Notes: generated from the sequence alone by a model not told the origin. A DNA stretch of 64,000 bases from a virus (IMGVR_UViG_3300021254_000025:44944-108943), one strand, 5' to 3'; counted from the first letter of the stretch, positions 28,628-39,220 are shown. Made by a program: numbers and translations.

Positions 28628-29242
28628 ATGGGGTTTATCATGACTGATTCTAACGCTGTACAAGGCTATATGCCTATGATGCCTGCTTACGCTGGCAACA
28701 ACGACATGTTCGGTGGAAACGGTTTATGGTTCCTGCTGATCTGGATGGCTATGTTCGGCTGGGGCAATAATGGCTTCGGCGGAAACAATGGCTATTCAGA
28801 GGTTCAGCGCGGCTTTGATCAAAACTCTGTAATGAATGGAATTGCCGCTATTCAGAACACGCAGAACCAAGCTGAAATATCCGCTGCCAATCGTCAGATG
28901 TCAAACATGAACCAATTCTTCCAGATGCAAAGCGCTTTCCAGAATTGCTGTTGTGAAAATCGTCTTGCTACCACTCAGCTTGGAACAGCCATTGCACAGG
29001 AAGGTGCAGCTACGCGGGCTGCAAGCGCAAATGACCGTCAGATGATTATGGACAAACTTTGCCAGCTGGAGATGGATGGCATTAAGCAGAACTACGAGAA
29101 TAGAATCGCAGGAATGCAGAGTGCCTTAGATCAGGCTCGTACAGACAATCAGAATTTACGTTTCCTTGCATCGCAGGGGGCGCAGACAGCACAAATCCTA
29201 AACGAATTAAACAATAATAATACTTGCACTTGTGGCGTGTAA
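28628..29242 (+). CDS. Gly/Asn-rich membrane-anchored coiled-coil protein with a CCCE motif
   Basis: FGGNGLWFLLIWMAMFGWGNNGFGG hydrophobic segment, QRGFD, NCCCE, and C-terminal CTCG. Confidence 0.75.
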   Translation: MGFIMTDSNAVQGYMPMMPAYAGNNDMFGGNGLWFLLIWMAMFGWGNNGFGGNNGYSEVQRGFDQNSVMNGIAAIQNTQNQAEISAANRQMSNMNQFFQMQSAFQNCCCENRLATTQLGTAIAQEGAATRAASANDRQMIMDKLCQLEMDGIKQNYENRIAGMQSALDQARTDNQNLRFLASQGAQTAQILNELNNNNTCTCGV

Positions 29243-29258
29243 TACAAGGCTGTCATCT

Positions 29259-29290
29259 CAGGAGTCCGGGAAACCGGACTCCTGTCTTTA
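29259..29290 (+). terminator. GNRA-capped hairpin, possible terminator
   Basis: CAGGAGTCCGG-GAAA-CCGGACTCCTG followed by TCTTT. Confidence 0.6.
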
Positions 29291-29323
29291 GTTTATCTAA
29301 TTTTGACAAAGGAGAAATGTATT

Positions 29324-29776
29324 ATGGCACAGTTTAATTATAACGAAGTTCAGCTTGTTCAACCTGGAGCTCCAGCTCTGCTGAACGACAAAATTGGTTG
29401 CAGTCGTAGTTCTGTGCTTCATAGGCCGGGTTCTGGGATTTTAACATTACGTGGAATTGTTAAGAATCCTAAGTGTGGATTTGCACGTTATCGTGTTGCC
29501 TATGATGGAAATATATCTGTTCCTACAGATGGAACGGCTGGTGAAATTCAGTTGGCTATTGCTATTGGAGGAGAAGTTGTCCCAACAAGTATTGGTACTG
29601 CAACGCCTACTGTAGTTGATGCTTATTGGAACGTCAGTGGTTTTGAGGTCATTGACGTTCCGGCTGGATGCTGCTACACGATAGCTATCGAAAACGCCTC
29701 TGTATCTAATACTGCAGCACTTCCTCCTGCGCTCAATCTTCGTAACTTGAACGTAGAAGTAACAAGACTTGCGTAA
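29324..29776 (+). CDS. Beta-sandwich protein (possibly BclA-C/C1q-like)
   Basis: All-beta pattern, HRPGSGILTLRG, and a C-terminal NVEVTRLA strand. Start placed after AAGGAG. Confidence 0.55.
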   Translation: MAQFNYNEVQLVQPGAPALLNDKIGCSRSSVLHRPGSGILTLRGIVKNPKCGFARYRVAYDGNISVPTDGTAGEIQLAIAIGGEVVPTSIGTATPTVVDAYWNVSGFEVIDVPAGCCYTIAIENASVSNTAALPPALNLRNLNVEVTRLA

Positions 29777-29790
29777 AGGAGTGTTGAATT

Positions 29791-30120
29791 ATGGAACACA
29801 GATATATGGTTATCGAAAGCAAACTTTGTAAAGAACTCGACTTGCTTCAAGAGAAATATCGTACCGGAGCAGAGATGAGTGAAGGAGATCTCAGACGAAT
29901 TGATCTTCTTGCCCATTCTCTTAAATCTCTTGTTTGTTATATGGAGAAGAAGGGCTCTGATGAATGGCAAGGTGAATCTTTTAATTCATACAATAACGGC
30001 AACTCGTACATGAATAATTCAACTGCTATGCGTGGCATGCGCAGTCGCGATATAGCTCCGGATATGTCTGGACATTATCCGATGAATTATCCTGTGTATC
30101 CTGAAGAACGCCGCTGGTAA
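29791..30120 (+). CDS. Hypothetical protein
   Basis: AAGGAG RBS; helical LCKELD..GDL..ID.L.HSLKSL region, then a low-complexity Y/N/M tail. Confidence 0.7.
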   Translation: MEHRYMVIESKLCKELDLLQEKYRTGAEMSEGDLRRIDLLAHSLKSLVCYMEKKGSDEWQGESFNSYNNGNSYMNNSTAMRGMRSRDIAPDMSGHYPMNYPVYPEERRW

Positions 30121-30140
30121 AAGAAAGGAGCTGTACCAAT

Positions 30141-30482
30141 ATGATGATTCGAATGCCGAGAGGCGATATTCGTTTGGTTCGGTTCTTGGTGAATGATCCT
30201 GATGGTACAGTTACCAATATTGATTTCACAGAGATCTATTTCACCGTAAAGAAAACTCCAAGGGACAATACTTATAAATTTCAGAAACGTTTATCACGAG
30301 GAGAAATTATTAAACTTGGTAACGGTGACTACGAAGTGAGAATCGAACCAGACGACACAAACAATCTAACTTATGGTAATTACAAGTTTGATGTACAACT
30401 CATGTACGCAACGCAACTTAAAGAAACTTTTGTTGGAGATTTTATTATCACCGAAGAAGTTACTTTTGCAAGTAATGAATGA
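30141..30482 (+). CDS. BppU-N-like Ig-fold adaptor, copy 1
   Basis: RGD...IYFTVKK...QK...V.IEPDDT..L.YG.Y.FDVQ. Confidence 0.6.
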   Translation: MMIRMPRGDIRLVRFLVNDPDGTVTNIDFTEIYFTVKKTPRDNTYKFQKRLSRGEIIKLGNGDYEVRIEPDDTNNLTYGNYKFDVQLMYATQLKETFVGDFIITEEVTFASNE

Positions 30483-30496
30483 GGGAGGGTAAGCGT

Positions 30497-31138
30497 ATGT
30501 ACGATCCTGATATTTATTCCAGAGTGAAAGGTAATTATCATACGCTTACCCTTTCTACTCCTGTAGCAACGGGCGAAGCAACTGGTAATTACGCAGACCT
30601 TGTGAATAAACCTTCCATAAACGGTGTCGAACTTGTTGGAAGGCTTTCTTTTGAAGATTTAGGACTTGGAGATGTTCCTGTAGCGCCTCTTTCTGAAAAT
30701 GATCTTGATGTCATTATAGGACTTGCGACTAACGAAACGGTTTTGAGAGAATTATTGGCACTCGGTGGAAATGTGGATGTTGCAAATGATATCACTATCA
30801 TGTCTCCAATTACTATTACCAAAGACACAACTTTAAACCTGAAACGCAACACTTTAACCTATAACAGCAATGGTAATCTTTTTATTGTTAATAATGCCAC
30901 ACTTACAATCAGAACTGGAATTATTCAATCTGAGAGTGGCATTGTTAAAGTAAATAACGGCGGTAATCTTATTATTCAAAGTGGAACATACCGCGCTGGT
31001 TCTGTTGCGTTTACAATTGGAACAGATTCCAAAATTACCGTTAATAACGGAAACATTTCTGCTTTGAACAAATGCATCAGTCTTATTGACAATGGTGTTC
31101 AAATAATTAATGGTGGTATTTTTAATCCAGAACTTTAA
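30497..31138 (+). CDS. Linker plus beta-helix-like protein
   Basis: NYADLVNKPSINGVELVG...LGL motif followed by parallel beta-helix-like repeats. Start placed after GGGAGGG. Confidence 0.6.
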   Translation: MYDPDIYSRVKGNYHTLTLSTPVATGEATGNYADLVNKPSINGVELVGRLSFEDLGLGDVPVAPLSENDLDVIIGLATNETVLRELLALGGNVDVANDITIMSPITITKDTTLNLKRNTLTYNSNGNLFIVNNATLTIRTGIIQSESGIVKVNNGGNLIIQSGTYRAGSVAFTIGTDSKITVNNGNISALNKCISLIDNGVQIINGGIFNPEL

Positions 31139-31144
31139 TGATGC

Positions 31145-31172
31145 GGGGCCCTTTTTGCAGGGCCCCTTTCTT
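31145..31172 (+). terminator. GC-rich hairpin, possible terminator
   Basis: GGGGCCCT-loop-AGGGCCCC followed by TTTCTT. Confidence 0.55.
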
Positions 31173-31199
31173 CAAATTCTGAGAAAGGAAGTGAAAACT

Positions 31200-31517
31200 A
31201 TGTTTATTCCCGGCGAAACTATATCTTTCCAATATTATATTCCTTTTGTCCGTAACGACGTTGAGAAACTTGTTGTTTCTTTCAAACAAAGAGATCGTGT
31301 CATTCTGCAAAAAATCGTTTATCCGGGGCAGATTGAAGGAGAAGGTTCGAACAGCAAAGTTGTTATCACTCTTTCTCAGGAAGAATCTTTGTTATTCGAA
31401 AACAATAATAAATTCAAAATGCAATTAAATGTTTATTTCATCGGAGGAGCCAGATGTACAAGCATGGAGCTTGTAGATGAAACAGGCCCACAGCACATCA
31501 GAGAGGTGGTGAATTAA
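31200..31517 (+). CDS. BppU-N-like Ig-fold adaptor, copy 2
   Basis: PGET..F...LVVSFKQ...LQK...V.ITLSQEESL.F...MQL. Start placed after AAAGGAAG. Confidence 0.5.
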   Translation: MFIPGETISFQYYIPFVRNDVEKLVVSFKQRDRVILQKIVYPGQIEGEGSNSKVVITLSQEESLLFENNNKFKMQLNVYFIGGARCTSMELVDETGPQHIREVVN

Positions 31518-31518
31518 A

Positions 31519-32124
31519 ATGAGTGAAGGTATTTTTACATTTTATCCGCAATTTAAAGAGTTCTTGCCTTTATACAGAGATGTTACAAGAGTCTGGATCG
31601 GTGACGGTGAAAACACAGGTGAGAAAGGAATGCTCTATGCTGAGTATGCAAACGGACAGGTTGCAGAACTTGGCTTTATTACTTTATATCCTTTAGCTGT
31701 TGAAGGTGGATATACCGGCACCGAAGCTGAATGGATGGATGCTATTATTCATTTAGCTGCTTCCAACAAAGGTGCAACAGTTGTTACGACTTATCAGAAT
31801 TCGGATAATCCTTCTACTCCGCCAGTCGATAGTGATAACTGGACACCAACTCCTTCTCCTCAACAAGGAAAATATCTTTGGGCGAGAAGCACTCTCACAT
31901 GGGCAGATCAGTCCCAAAGTAACATATATAACGTGTCCTACATAGGACAGGATAGTTCTCTTGTAAGCGTTAACGGACTTACCGGCGAAGTAGTTCTTCA
32001 CGGTGAGAACATTAAAATATCCAGCGAGTCAAACGAAACAATTAAATCCTATGTAGACAGCATAACATTTGAACCCGAAATTGCAACCGATGAAGACATC
32101 GATGCTTTATTTGGTATTTCTTAA
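31519..32124 (+). CDS. Fibre linker protein
   Basis: Y.LAVEGGYTGTEAEW, W..TP...GKYLW.R, VSVNGLTGEVVL, and C-terminal ATDEDIDALF. Confidence 0.65.
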   Translation: MSEGIFTFYPQFKEFLPLYRDVTRVWIGDGENTGEKGMLYAEYANGQVAELGFITLYPLAVEGGYTGTEAEWMDAIIHLAASNKGATVVTTYQNSDNPSTPPVDSDNWTPTPSPQQGKYLWARSTLTWADQSQSNIYNVSYIGQDSSLVSVNGLTGEVVLHGENIKISSESNETIKSYVDSITFEPEIATDEDIDALFGIS

Positions 32125-32142
32125 GAAAGGAGATGAGTAACA

Positions 32143-35100
32143 TTGAAATTGATTACTCCTGAACGGTTGGGTCGGTTTAAAACTGATCTTGAGAACACTT
32201 ATGGTCAACCTGGAAAGCCAGCTTTGCTGGATTCAAATGGTAAAGTTCTTGAATCAGAAATTCCCTCTTCAGCCTTTAATGTACTTGAATACGCTTCTGT
32301 TCAGGATTTTCCTGTAACCGGCGAAGCTGAAAAGCTGTATCTTGATACAACTGCGAAGGCTTTATATCACTGGGACGGAAATGGTTATGTGAGCATCTCC
32401 GATCAGGACAGTGTGAAATTCACATCACAGAGTTTAACGAATGAACAGAAAGCACAGGCCAGAACAAATATTGGTGCTTTGGATGCCAACGATCTTCCGG
32501 AAGATATCCTCAGATATTCTTCAATGGATCTTACAGATGAACAGAAGGTTCAGTCAAGGGCTAATATTGACGCCGCTTCTACTTCGAGTGTGAGTTCTTT
32601 AAGTTCAACGGTTTCCAGCATCGAAGCTTTAATCCAGACATACAGTGAAAACGTAGCGGATATCACAAAGATCGAAAATGGAATTAAGGTTCTTTACGCC
32701 GACGGAACAAGTAAAGAAATGGAACTTGAAACAGACTTCCCTATTAAGTCTGTTGTGTATGACGAAAACCATTATCTCCATTTCTACGATGCAAACAATA
32801 ACGATTTGTTTGACAATGTTTACATCGAAGGAGGCGGAGGCGGCGGTGGAAGCGTAGGCTCTGTTACCGTTGCCCGTATCACGGCTGAATCTTCAAGCTG
32901 TGTTTATGGTTCATCCTTCCCTATTCAGTTTACAATTACTGCACTGGATTCCAGTGGCGACGCTGCAACACTTAAAGGTTCTACATGGACTGTTGGTGGT
33001 GTTACCGTCGCCAGGAACATCCCAGTTGTCAACGGAAACAATACCTTTGATATCGGCCCGTATCTGAACGCAGGTGATAATACAATCAAGATTGTGGTTA
33101 CTGCAGATACAGGAGGAGACGCTGACGTCACTGCCTCTAAAACGTGGAGGGTCAACGCAGTCAACATGCGGTTCACATGGAATTATAATGATACGTCTAT
33201 CCATGAGTCCAGCTTTACTGATTCGTGGACAGTGTACGGTGAAATCGAAAAGACTTCGCATTCCAAGCTTGGTGATACAGAACTGCCTGTTACGGTGACA
33301 ACCAAGACAAACGCAACTCAATCTATCAGTATTCCAATGCAGCCGCACGGCGCATATGGTCTTGAAAGATGGGTGACTGCTTCCATCGGAGGTCAGCCTC
33401 AGTCTACACCTCATGAATATCACGAAGTAATCTTTGTGGAAAGCGGAAATCCTGCTCCTATTATCGCTGTATCAATGAAGGATACTACTCTCAAGAACAG
33501 CGACATTGAAATGGATCAGTACGATACAATTGAGATTCCTGTTGTTATCTATGATCCAATGCATATTCTTACAGATGCAACATTAACTGTCGACGGTGAA
33601 TACGCAGGTGAATGGGAAAACATTGATAGGTCTACCCATTTATGGGCATATACTCCTACCACAAGCGGTTCTCACACTCTTGCGATTACCTGTGGTGAAA
33701 CTGTCAAGACACTCGTGGTAAACGTTAACGAAGTAGCACTTGATATCGAAGAAGTGAGTGGATATACATTCCGGTTCAAGAGCTCTGAATTCGCCTCTAA
33801 TAAAGCGGTGAGAGAATGGGAATCCAATGGAATTACGGCATCCTTCTCAGATAACTTTGACTGGGTTAACGGTGGGCTGAAAACAGAAAGAGACGATAAA
33901 GGAAATCTCCAGCAATATTTCTGCATTAAATCCGGAACAAGAATGACTATTAACCATAAGTTGTTTGCAGTTGATCCTAAAGAGTCAGGAATGACCTTTA
34001 AGATTATTTATAAAGTAAGAAACTGCAGAAACTACGATGCTTTGGTTGGTCATTGTTTCTCGGAAGTCGGCATCAGGATGAACGCCCACAGCGCTACATT
34101 CAATTCTTCCGGTACGACAATTAATGTTCCGTATGGCGAAGATGAATATATCGAGCTGGAATTCGATGTTTATCCTTCCAATAACTATCATTATATGATG
34201 GCATGGATTGACGGTGTAATTACCTCCTGCAGAGTATATGATGCGAATGACAACTTTGTGCAGAATTACGAAACAAGGGAAAACATCGTCTTAGGTTCTG
34301 ATGACTGTGATGTTTATATCTATATGGTTAAGACCTATCCGATGCTTATTGATCGTGACGGTCATATTGACAACTTTATTATGGACGCACCGAACGCTTC
34401 AGAAATGGCAAAGCGTTATTCTCGTAACGATATCCTGAACGAAGGCGGAGACATCGACTATGAGAAGCTTGTCGATAAGAATCCAGACTGCCGTGTATGG
34501 TTATATGATATTCCGTATTTAACCAACGATAAAAGCGATAAGGTTGGCGGCTGTAAGTTCAATCAGTTCTGGAAGAACGGCAGCCAATATTACCAGATGT
34601 CCGGTGTAGGTAAGATGTCTGTTCAAGGTACCTCGTCTGTAAACTACATCAGAGGTGCTGCTAATACAGACATTAACTTCACGTCTCTTACAGATGGTAA
34701 TGATGTTAATCTTTTAGCTGGTGCCGTGAAAGATGATACCTATGGCGGAAACTGGTTTATTGAAGACGAAGAAAACCAGGGCCATGCTAAGGTTTTTGTT
34801 GTGGACGAAAACACTGAACTTACAGTGGATTGTGTTCCCATTGAAAGAGATTCCAACAGGAATGTAACAAAGTATGTTAAAGCTGTTGGTATGAAGCTGA
34901 ATGACGACTCGTGCCCGATTAGTTATGCCAATACAAAAGTTAACTTTGCTTCCTGTGAACAAGTTAACAACATGTGCAATGCTAAATGGTATCAGATGTA
35001 TAATCCGTATCCAAGCTTAACAGCACGGGATTGCATGGAATTCAACATGGGTGTCCAGTTTATCAAAGACAGCGGCGAAGTTCCTGATGACAGCCACTTT

Positions 35101-38100
35101 GTTCTTTGGGGAGACAATAAGTACCATATGTATTCTATTGCAAATATGGGAAACTCTAAGAAAAACGTCCATATTTTCCATGACTTATCCAATCCTAAAG
35201 AAGTCTGTATCGAAGTTAACGACAACGACAAAGACCAAATGAGAATGGTCAGCGATGACTTAAGCGAAGAAGATTGGTCTGGTAAAAAGTTCTTTGGTAT
35301 GCGTTATCCGGATACGAAGAATCCTTCACAGGAAGTTCGAGATGCATGGCAACGGCTCGTAACATGGATGGCTACCAACAATCCTAATGCTCATACGGAT
35401 GAGTTGTTACCGGAACCTGAAACATATGCCAACTATACTTTCCGTGGACATGATCGTCCAGGAACACAGGTTCTGCGTGGCGTTACTGTAACTCAATATG
35501 CAGGAACGTACACTCACGATACATTTGAACGCAGAATTGCAAAGATGCTTTCTGAATGTGAAGACTATATGGTTATGGATTCATTCGTGTATCACTTTTT
35601 ATATCTTGAACGGCATACAATGGTGGATAATGTCTCCAAGAACAACTTCTGGTCCTCTACTGACTTAATCCACTGGGATCTGTCCAAGGCATACGATATG
35701 GATACCTCTGACGGAAACAACAACCAGGGCCAGATGGTCTTCGATTATGGTAATGAGTACAACGATGATATCGGTGGCATGAAGGTTTTCAATGGTTCTG
35801 ACGCTGTATGGTTTGTGTTTGTCGCAAATCTTTATGAAGCATGTCAGGCTATGTTTATTAACCGTGAATCTGCCGGTGCATGGTCTGCTACCGCTTATCA
35901 TAATTTCTTACTGCAAGAACAACAGAAAGTTCCTGAAAGGTGTTGGGTGCAGTGCTACTGGTATGATTATCTTCGTACCTACGAGAATAATATTTCTGCA
36001 GAATGGATGACCTTCCTTGACGGCGGTCAGAAATCTCACCAGAGAAAGCACTATGAATACTTTGAAGAGTTATATGATTCTTCCAAGTATCGTGGAGCTG
36101 CTTCCACTTCCCAGAACGTTAACTTCCGTGCTTATACACCTAACACATGGAACAACTATGTCACAAAGGCAACAGGTGCATCTATGCGATCTTCGCCTAA
36201 CGCATCCGGAACTTTAATTCAAACTATTCCTGTCAATACACTGGTAACAGTGTCCAGAATTGCAGACGACTGGCGTGTTGTTACTTATAATAACAGAACT
36301 GGTTATGTTCTCAGATCTGAACTTGGAGGCGTTGAGCCTAGCGGAACACTTACCGTTACAATGTATAACAAGATGTATATCTCTGTTAACGTTGGTACTA
36401 CAGCATGGGCTCCAATCAAGGCTGAAAAGAATGTTCCTATGACAATTGAATTCTCGAATGGCGGATTGTTAAACAACACATTGATTAACATTAATACTGC
36501 GTCGATGATTCAAGCTATTAGTGGTATGGAACACTTATATACAGATACTTGTGTTTTCTCAGCTGCGACAAGATTAAGGGAACTGTCTCTTGGTTCAAAC
36601 GATATTGGATATGAGAATACTTTCTTAAAGAACCTGTCCCTTGATAACAACACCATGCTTGAACGACTGTATGTGCAGAATCTTCCCAATGCTAATTCGG
36701 CTCTGGATTTAACAAGCTGTTTGTCTTTAACAACTCTTGATGCAACAGGGTCTGGATTTACAGCATATTCATTTGCAGATGGCGGTCTGTTATCCAGTGC
36801 TATTCTTAATAGGCCTACTTCTTTAAGCCTTCTGAATCTTGCATATCTTGAAGATGAGAACTTTGCTATTACAGACTATTCCGGGTTGATTTCATTTAGA
36901 TATGAAAATACTCCCGGAATCGATTCTTATATGATTGCAAGTGCAGCACAGAATCTTCAGATTGTTCGTTTAATCGGCATTAACTGGGTTATGCCGAATG
37001 CAAATATGCTGAACAGAATGCTTCGGCTGCAAGGCTTAAACGAAAGCAACCATACTATCGATCAGTCTGTCCTTGCCGGCGAAGCTTATGCCCCGTCTAT
37101 GAGACAAAGAAATCTGAATGAATATGGTGTGGCATGGCCTGACCTTGTTGTTACGTATGATAACATTCTTGAGGAATTCCAGATTACATTCTCTAATCCT
37201 GATGGAACTGCTATCAAAGACAGACTTGGTAACGACTACATCCAGTATGTGGATCGCGGTCAGACAATTGTCGATCCCGTGGAAAACGGAGATATTGATA
37301 CTCCTACAATGGAACCAACGGCACAGTATATTTACACATATACTGGATGGCAAAACATTTCCGGTGCTGTAATGGATAACAGAAATGTTATTGCATCTTA
37401 TTCAAGCGCTGTCAGAACGTATCGTGTGCGCTGGTTTGCTCAGACGGGCGTTCTCTTAAAGACCACCTATGCTGAGTATGGTTCTGAAGTAATCTATCAG
37501 GATGAGGATCATGTATTCCCTCCGACCAAAACAGACGAAGAAGAGAACCTTTACTTCTGGGTATTCCTCAACTGGGATAAGTCTACTGGATTCATTACTG
37601 AAGATGTAGATGTGTACGCAATTTGGGACCGTGCTACTATTCCGTCTGGCTCTGTCAATCTTAAAGATTTGTCTATTGCTCAGATTTACGGTATTGCAAA
37701 AACCTACAACTCTTCAAATTACTTCCATGACGAGGACTATGTTGACATTAAGGTTGGTAAAGACTTTAACTTCTCGAATGTACAGTCGGAAGTGCTTCTT
37801 GAAAATAAATATTTCGACGGCACCGAAATTGTAAAAAAAGAAAACATCAGACTGTTTGACGCCGATGCTCCAAGCTTTACAATTGCCATCGATTATGAAT
37901 TCACGGAAGCAACAACCAACGCAACGATGATCAGCTGCTGTGACTCTACCGGAAGCACTGAAGGTTTCAGAGTGTATTATTACTTAGCAGGAAACACCAA
38001 CGAAAACCAGAGTGTTCAGGTTCTTTGGGGTGATAAGACAGCTATTGTTGGACACGGATTAAACCGTGGTATCCTTGTCTTAAGACACCGTAAAGGATCA

Positions 38101-39204
38101 AGAAACTTGCTTGTTTCGTCCGATAACGGTGGTCGTTACGTACTTCATACGTCAACATACGGCGGCGACGATTATCCTTCCAACAACGAGAATAGATACG
38201 ACGCATACAATGCAAGTGGATTTACTACTGAACTTGTGCGTGCACAGGATACTCAGACTGATTCTGTTCTTTCGTTTGGAGCTATGGCTTATGGTAGCCA
38301 GGGTTCTCGTTTCCCTGCCAAAGGATGGATTCACTGGGCGAAGATTTGGTATGACGATCTCGGAACAAGTGTCTCCAACGAACTGGCAAGCTGGCCTCAT
38401 GAAGTCTGGAGAATGCATTATCGTGGAAACCATCTCTACAATAAGGATGATGGTACTGGTTTAATGGATGGCGCTTCGTTTATTATGAATGCTCCGCTGC
38501 CTCAGTTCTACGAAATGTATGAACCGGACAGCCTCAACCAGATCTATACAACCGGCGGCTGGAAGAACTCGCTTGTGAGATCTTTCATTAACGACAGATG
38601 CTTTAATGCCCTTCCTTACTCCTGGCAGTCCATTATCAGTCCTGTCAGTATTCCTACCAAGGGTGGTGCCGACAACTATAATGTTCTTGAATACACCACG
38701 GATAAACTTTATATTCCTTCTATTGCTGACCTGTACTCTGGCGCTCAGAACCTTAACAGAGCTGAAAGTACTCAAATCAGCTGGTGTATTGACAATAAGA
38801 GCCGTGTAAGGTTTATGGGTATTACTATTCCAGAAGACGCCCAATACTACACAGTTGACAGTGATCCTACGCTTTACACTGGTACTTATAACGTTAAGGA
38901 AGGCGACGTATGGATCAGAGGCGACAGAGCTTATGTGTATGTAACACAGACTACTGCTGATAGACATGGTTATCTTGGTGGCCGTAACATTACGGAAACT
39001 TCCAACAATATTGTCGCAACCGGAACGCAGGGTGGATTATGGGTGCGCTCCATTACTTACTGGACGAGATCCAATAATACAACCGCACAGGCTAACTCTA
39101 CTTCAAGTCAGTGGACGATCTGGCCTACCGGTCAGCCCACAAGTACTTTTGTGCTTTATCCTGAATACGGTCGTCGCGGCATTATACTGATGTTCTCTAT
39201 TTAA
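32143..39204 (+). CDS. 2,353-aa multidomain virion-associated protein: Ig-like, LamG-like, CotH-like kinase, SH3b, LRR-like, B-repeat-like and DUF6273-like regions
   Basis: CotH-type motifs VQGTSS, MVDNVSKNNF (~35620) and YDMDT (~35692). SH3b-like SMRSSPN...WRVVTYNNRTGYV (~36150-36330). LxxLxL repeats at ~36570-37050. C-terminal YWTRS motif. Confidence 0.65.
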   Translation: MKLITPERLGRFKTDLENTYGQPGKPALLDSNGKVLESEIPSSAFNVLEYASVQDFPVTGEAEKLYLDTTAKALYHWDGNGYVSISDQDSVKFTSQSLTNEQKAQARTNIGALDANDLPEDILRYSSMDLTDEQKVQSRANIDAASTSSVSSLSSTVSSIEALIQTYSENVADITKIENGIKVLYADGTSKEMELETDFPIKSVVYDENHYLHFYDANNNDLFDNVYIEGGGGGGGSVGSVTVARITAESSSCVYGSSFPIQFTITALDSSGDAATLKGSTWTVGGVTVARNIPVVNGNNTFDIGPYLNAGDNTIKIVVTADTGGDADVTASKTWRVNAVNMRFTWNYNDTSIHESSFTDSWTVYGEIEKTSHSKLGDTELPVTVTTKTNATQSISIPMQPHGAYGLERWVTASIGGQPQSTPHEYHEVIFVESGNPAPIIAVSMKDTTLKNSDIEMDQYDTIEIPVVIYDPMHILTDATLTVDGEYAGEWENIDRSTHLWAYTPTTSGSHTLAITCGETVKTLVVNVNEVALDIEEVSGYTFRFKSSEFASNKAVREWESNGITASFSDNFDWVNGGLKTERDDKGNLQQYFCIKSGTRMTINHKLFAVDPKESGMTFKIIYKVRNCRNYDALVGHCFSEVGIRMNAHSATFNSSGTTINVPYGEDEYIELEFDVYPSNNYHYMMAWIDGVITSCRVYDANDNFVQNYETRENIVLGSDDCDVYIYMVKTYPMLIDRDGHIDNFIMDAPNASEMAKRYSRNDILNEGGDIDYEKLVDKNPDCRVWLYDIPYLTNDKSDKVGGCKFNQFWKNGSQYYQMSGVGKMSVQGTSSVNYIRGAANTDINFTSLTDGNDVNLLAGAVKDDTYGGNWFIEDEENQGHAKVFVVDENTELTVDCVPIERDSNRNVTKYVKAVGMKLNDDSCPISYANTKVNFASCEQVNNMCNAKWYQMYNPYPSLTARDCMEFNMGVQFIKDSGEVPDDSHFVLWGDNKYHMYSIANMGNSKKNVHIFHDLSNPKEVCIEVNDNDKDQMRMVSDDLSEEDWSGKKFFGMRYPDTKNPSQEVRDAWQRLVTWMATNNPNAHTDELLPEPETYANYTFRGHDRPGTQVLRGVTVTQYAGTYTHDTFERRIAKMLSECEDYMVMDSFVYHFLYLERHTMVDNVSKNNFWSSTDLIHWDLSKAYDMDTSDGNNNQGQMVFDYGNEYNDDIGGMKVFNGSDAVWFVFVANLYEACQAMFINRESAGAWSATAYHNFLLQEQQKVPERCWVQCYWYDYLRTYENNISAEWMTFLDGGQKSHQRKHYEYFEELYDSSKYRGAASTSQNVNFRAYTPNTWNNYVTKATGASMRSSPNASGTLIQTIPVNTLVTVSRIADDWRVVTYNNRTGYVLRSELGGVEPSGTLTVTMYNKMYISVNVGTTAWAPIKAEKNVPMTIEFSNGGLLNNTLININTASMIQAISGMEHLYTDTCVFSAATRLRELSLGSNDIGYENTFLKNLSLDNNTMLERLYVQNLPNANSALDLTSCLSLTTLDATGSGFTAYSFADGGLLSSAILNRPTSLSLLNLAYLEDENFAITDYSGLISFRYENTPGIDSYMIASAAQNLQIVRLIGINWVMPNANMLNRMLRLQGLNESNHTIDQSVLAGEAYAPSMRQRNLNEYGVAWPDLVVTYDNILEEFQITFSNPDGTAIKDRLGNDYIQYVDRGQTIVDPVENGDIDTPTMEPTAQYIYTYTGWQNISGAVMDNRNVIASYSSAVRTYRVRWFAQTGVLLKTTYAEYGSEVIYQDEDHVFPPTKTDEEENLYFWVFLNWDKSTGFITEDVDVYAIWDRATIPSGSVNLKDLSIAQIYGIAKTYNSSNYFHDEDYVDIKVGKDFNFSNVQSEVLLENKYFDGTEIVKKENIRLFDADAPSFTIAIDYEFTEATTNATMISCCDSTGSTEGFRVYYYLAGNTNENQSVQVLWGDKTAIVGHGLNRGILVLRHRKGSRNLLVSSDNGGRYVLHTSTYGGDDYPSNNENRYDAYNASGFTTELVRAQDTQTDSVLSFGAMAYGSQGSRFPAKGWIHWAKIWYDDLGTSVSNELASWPHEVWRMHYRGNHLYNKDDGTGLMDGASFIMNAPLPQFYEMYEPDSLNQIYTTGGWKNSLVRSFINDRCFNALPYSWQSIISPVSIPTKGGADNYNVLEYTTDKLYIPSIADLYSGAQNLNRAESTQISWCIDNKSRVRFMGITIPEDAQYYTVDSDPTLYTGTYNVKEGDVWIRGDRAYVYVTQTTADRHGYLGGRNITETSNNIVATGTQGGLWVRSITYWTRSNNTTAQANSTSSQWTIWPTGQPTSTFVLYPEYGRRGIILMFSI

Positions 39205-39220
39205 GGAAGGAGTGTAAAAC

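Noticed and set aside
38400-39204. Diversity-generating retroelement target (DUF6273/C-type-lectin-like C-terminus with YWTRS)
   Set aside because: No reverse transcriptase and no adenine-variant template repeat were seen in this window. A TR/RT elsewhere in the genome cannot be excluded.
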